Shown: positions 63,296 through 64,000 of the stretch, piece after piece
Layout of the letters: the number at the start of each line of letters is the position of its first letter
Numbering within the stretch: the first letter of the stretch is position 1
Assembly (NCBI RefSeq): GCF_963921235.1
Contig: NC_086097.1
Location: 57,290,001 to 57,354,000, forward strand
Direction of reading: 5' to 3'
DNA length: 64,000 nt
Source: Mobula hypostoma
Taxonomy: Eukaryota
Made by a program: the position numbers and the translations under genes
Notes under the pieces: generated by a model
What the model saw: only the letters and a program-made list of their open reading frames with translations
Database searches by the model: none
What the model was told of the DNA's origin: nothing

Positions 63296-64000
63296 AGAAA
63301 GTCTATTACAACCATGATATATTCATTCAGATGCACAGATGAGCCCTTGAACAAGGTCCAGTCTACTGACTCAAAACAATCCTATACCTGCTCCCCTGCC
63401 TCTCATAGCTCTCTGGAGCTTTGTTTATTAGCCTCTGTTTGTGTGCAGGTTGGAAAACTACAGCCAACTGATTTGATTTACCAAAATGTGGTCTGGGCAT
63501 GGAACAGTAGGCATTCCTTATCTTAGTATAATAATGGTCTAGGTGTTTGGACCTCTGGTGCTACAGGTTATATGCTGATGGTAATTGGGCAAGGTTTTCT
63601 TCAAACAAGCCTGGTTGAATTCACTGACTATGATTTTAAATGGTCGGGATGGACTGTTTCTTGTTTGGAGACGTTATCGTGCAGTATCGCAAGCATATCC
63701 TTCTGTTCCTTTTCTCTCATGTAGTTGTCTAGTTTCCTATTGAAAGCATTTAACCTGTGTGTCTCAGCCATACCTTGCTGGTCAGTTCCATGCCCTACTC
63801 TCTGAGCCAGGAAATTACTCTTATTTCCTTATTGGATGCTTTGCTAAATATTATGCCGCACTTAGCCTCTGGTTTGAATTTCCCCACAGGTGGAAATATT
63901 TTCTCAAACTTGATAATAATTTAAAAAATTTCCATCAGCCCATTTCTGAGGTTTTATGTACTTACTTTAACCACATTAAATTAGCCAGTCCCAGTAAAAT

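Larger units (their letters stand above)
58569..63530 (-). mobile_element. Fragmented Rex1/Babar-like LINE(s) hosting PLE, CR1 and other inserts
   Basis: Minus peptide NDYRPVALTSTVMKCFERLV...FAYWSNRSTADGI (59940-60299). 3' UTR at 58569-58960. Upstream parts resume at about 61650-61880 and 63296-63530. Confidence 0.65.

Overview
AT-rich, repeat-dense eukaryotic genomic DNA. The repeat set (abundant Penelope-like elements, CR1, Rex1/Babar, Tx1, V- and Deu-type SINEs) points to a cartilaginous fish, probably a ray; this is inference. The window appears to be mostly intron of a + strand host gene that I identify from memory as KIAA0586/TALPID3. Support is one clear coding exon (43439-43595, ...TKPDVQRAADVLHDLGKLNGEMHNILQ) and a phase-compatible 39-nt exon (49094-49132). 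Almost all other ORFs are decayed transposon fragments or noise. The most interesting structure is in the Penelope-like elements (PLEs). Their 3' tails carry a minimal hammerhead-ribozyme motif in about 10 copies from two PLE clades. Short hammerhead-bearing tails have inserted on their own with 11-15 bp target duplications. Several insertions are head-to-head inversions with 3' termini at both outer ends. There are also nested Tigger/Tc1/hAT/Harbinger DNA elements with verifiable TIRs and TSDs. I found no new protein-coding system. Family names come from motif recognition, not database searches, and boundaries of old repeats are approximate.
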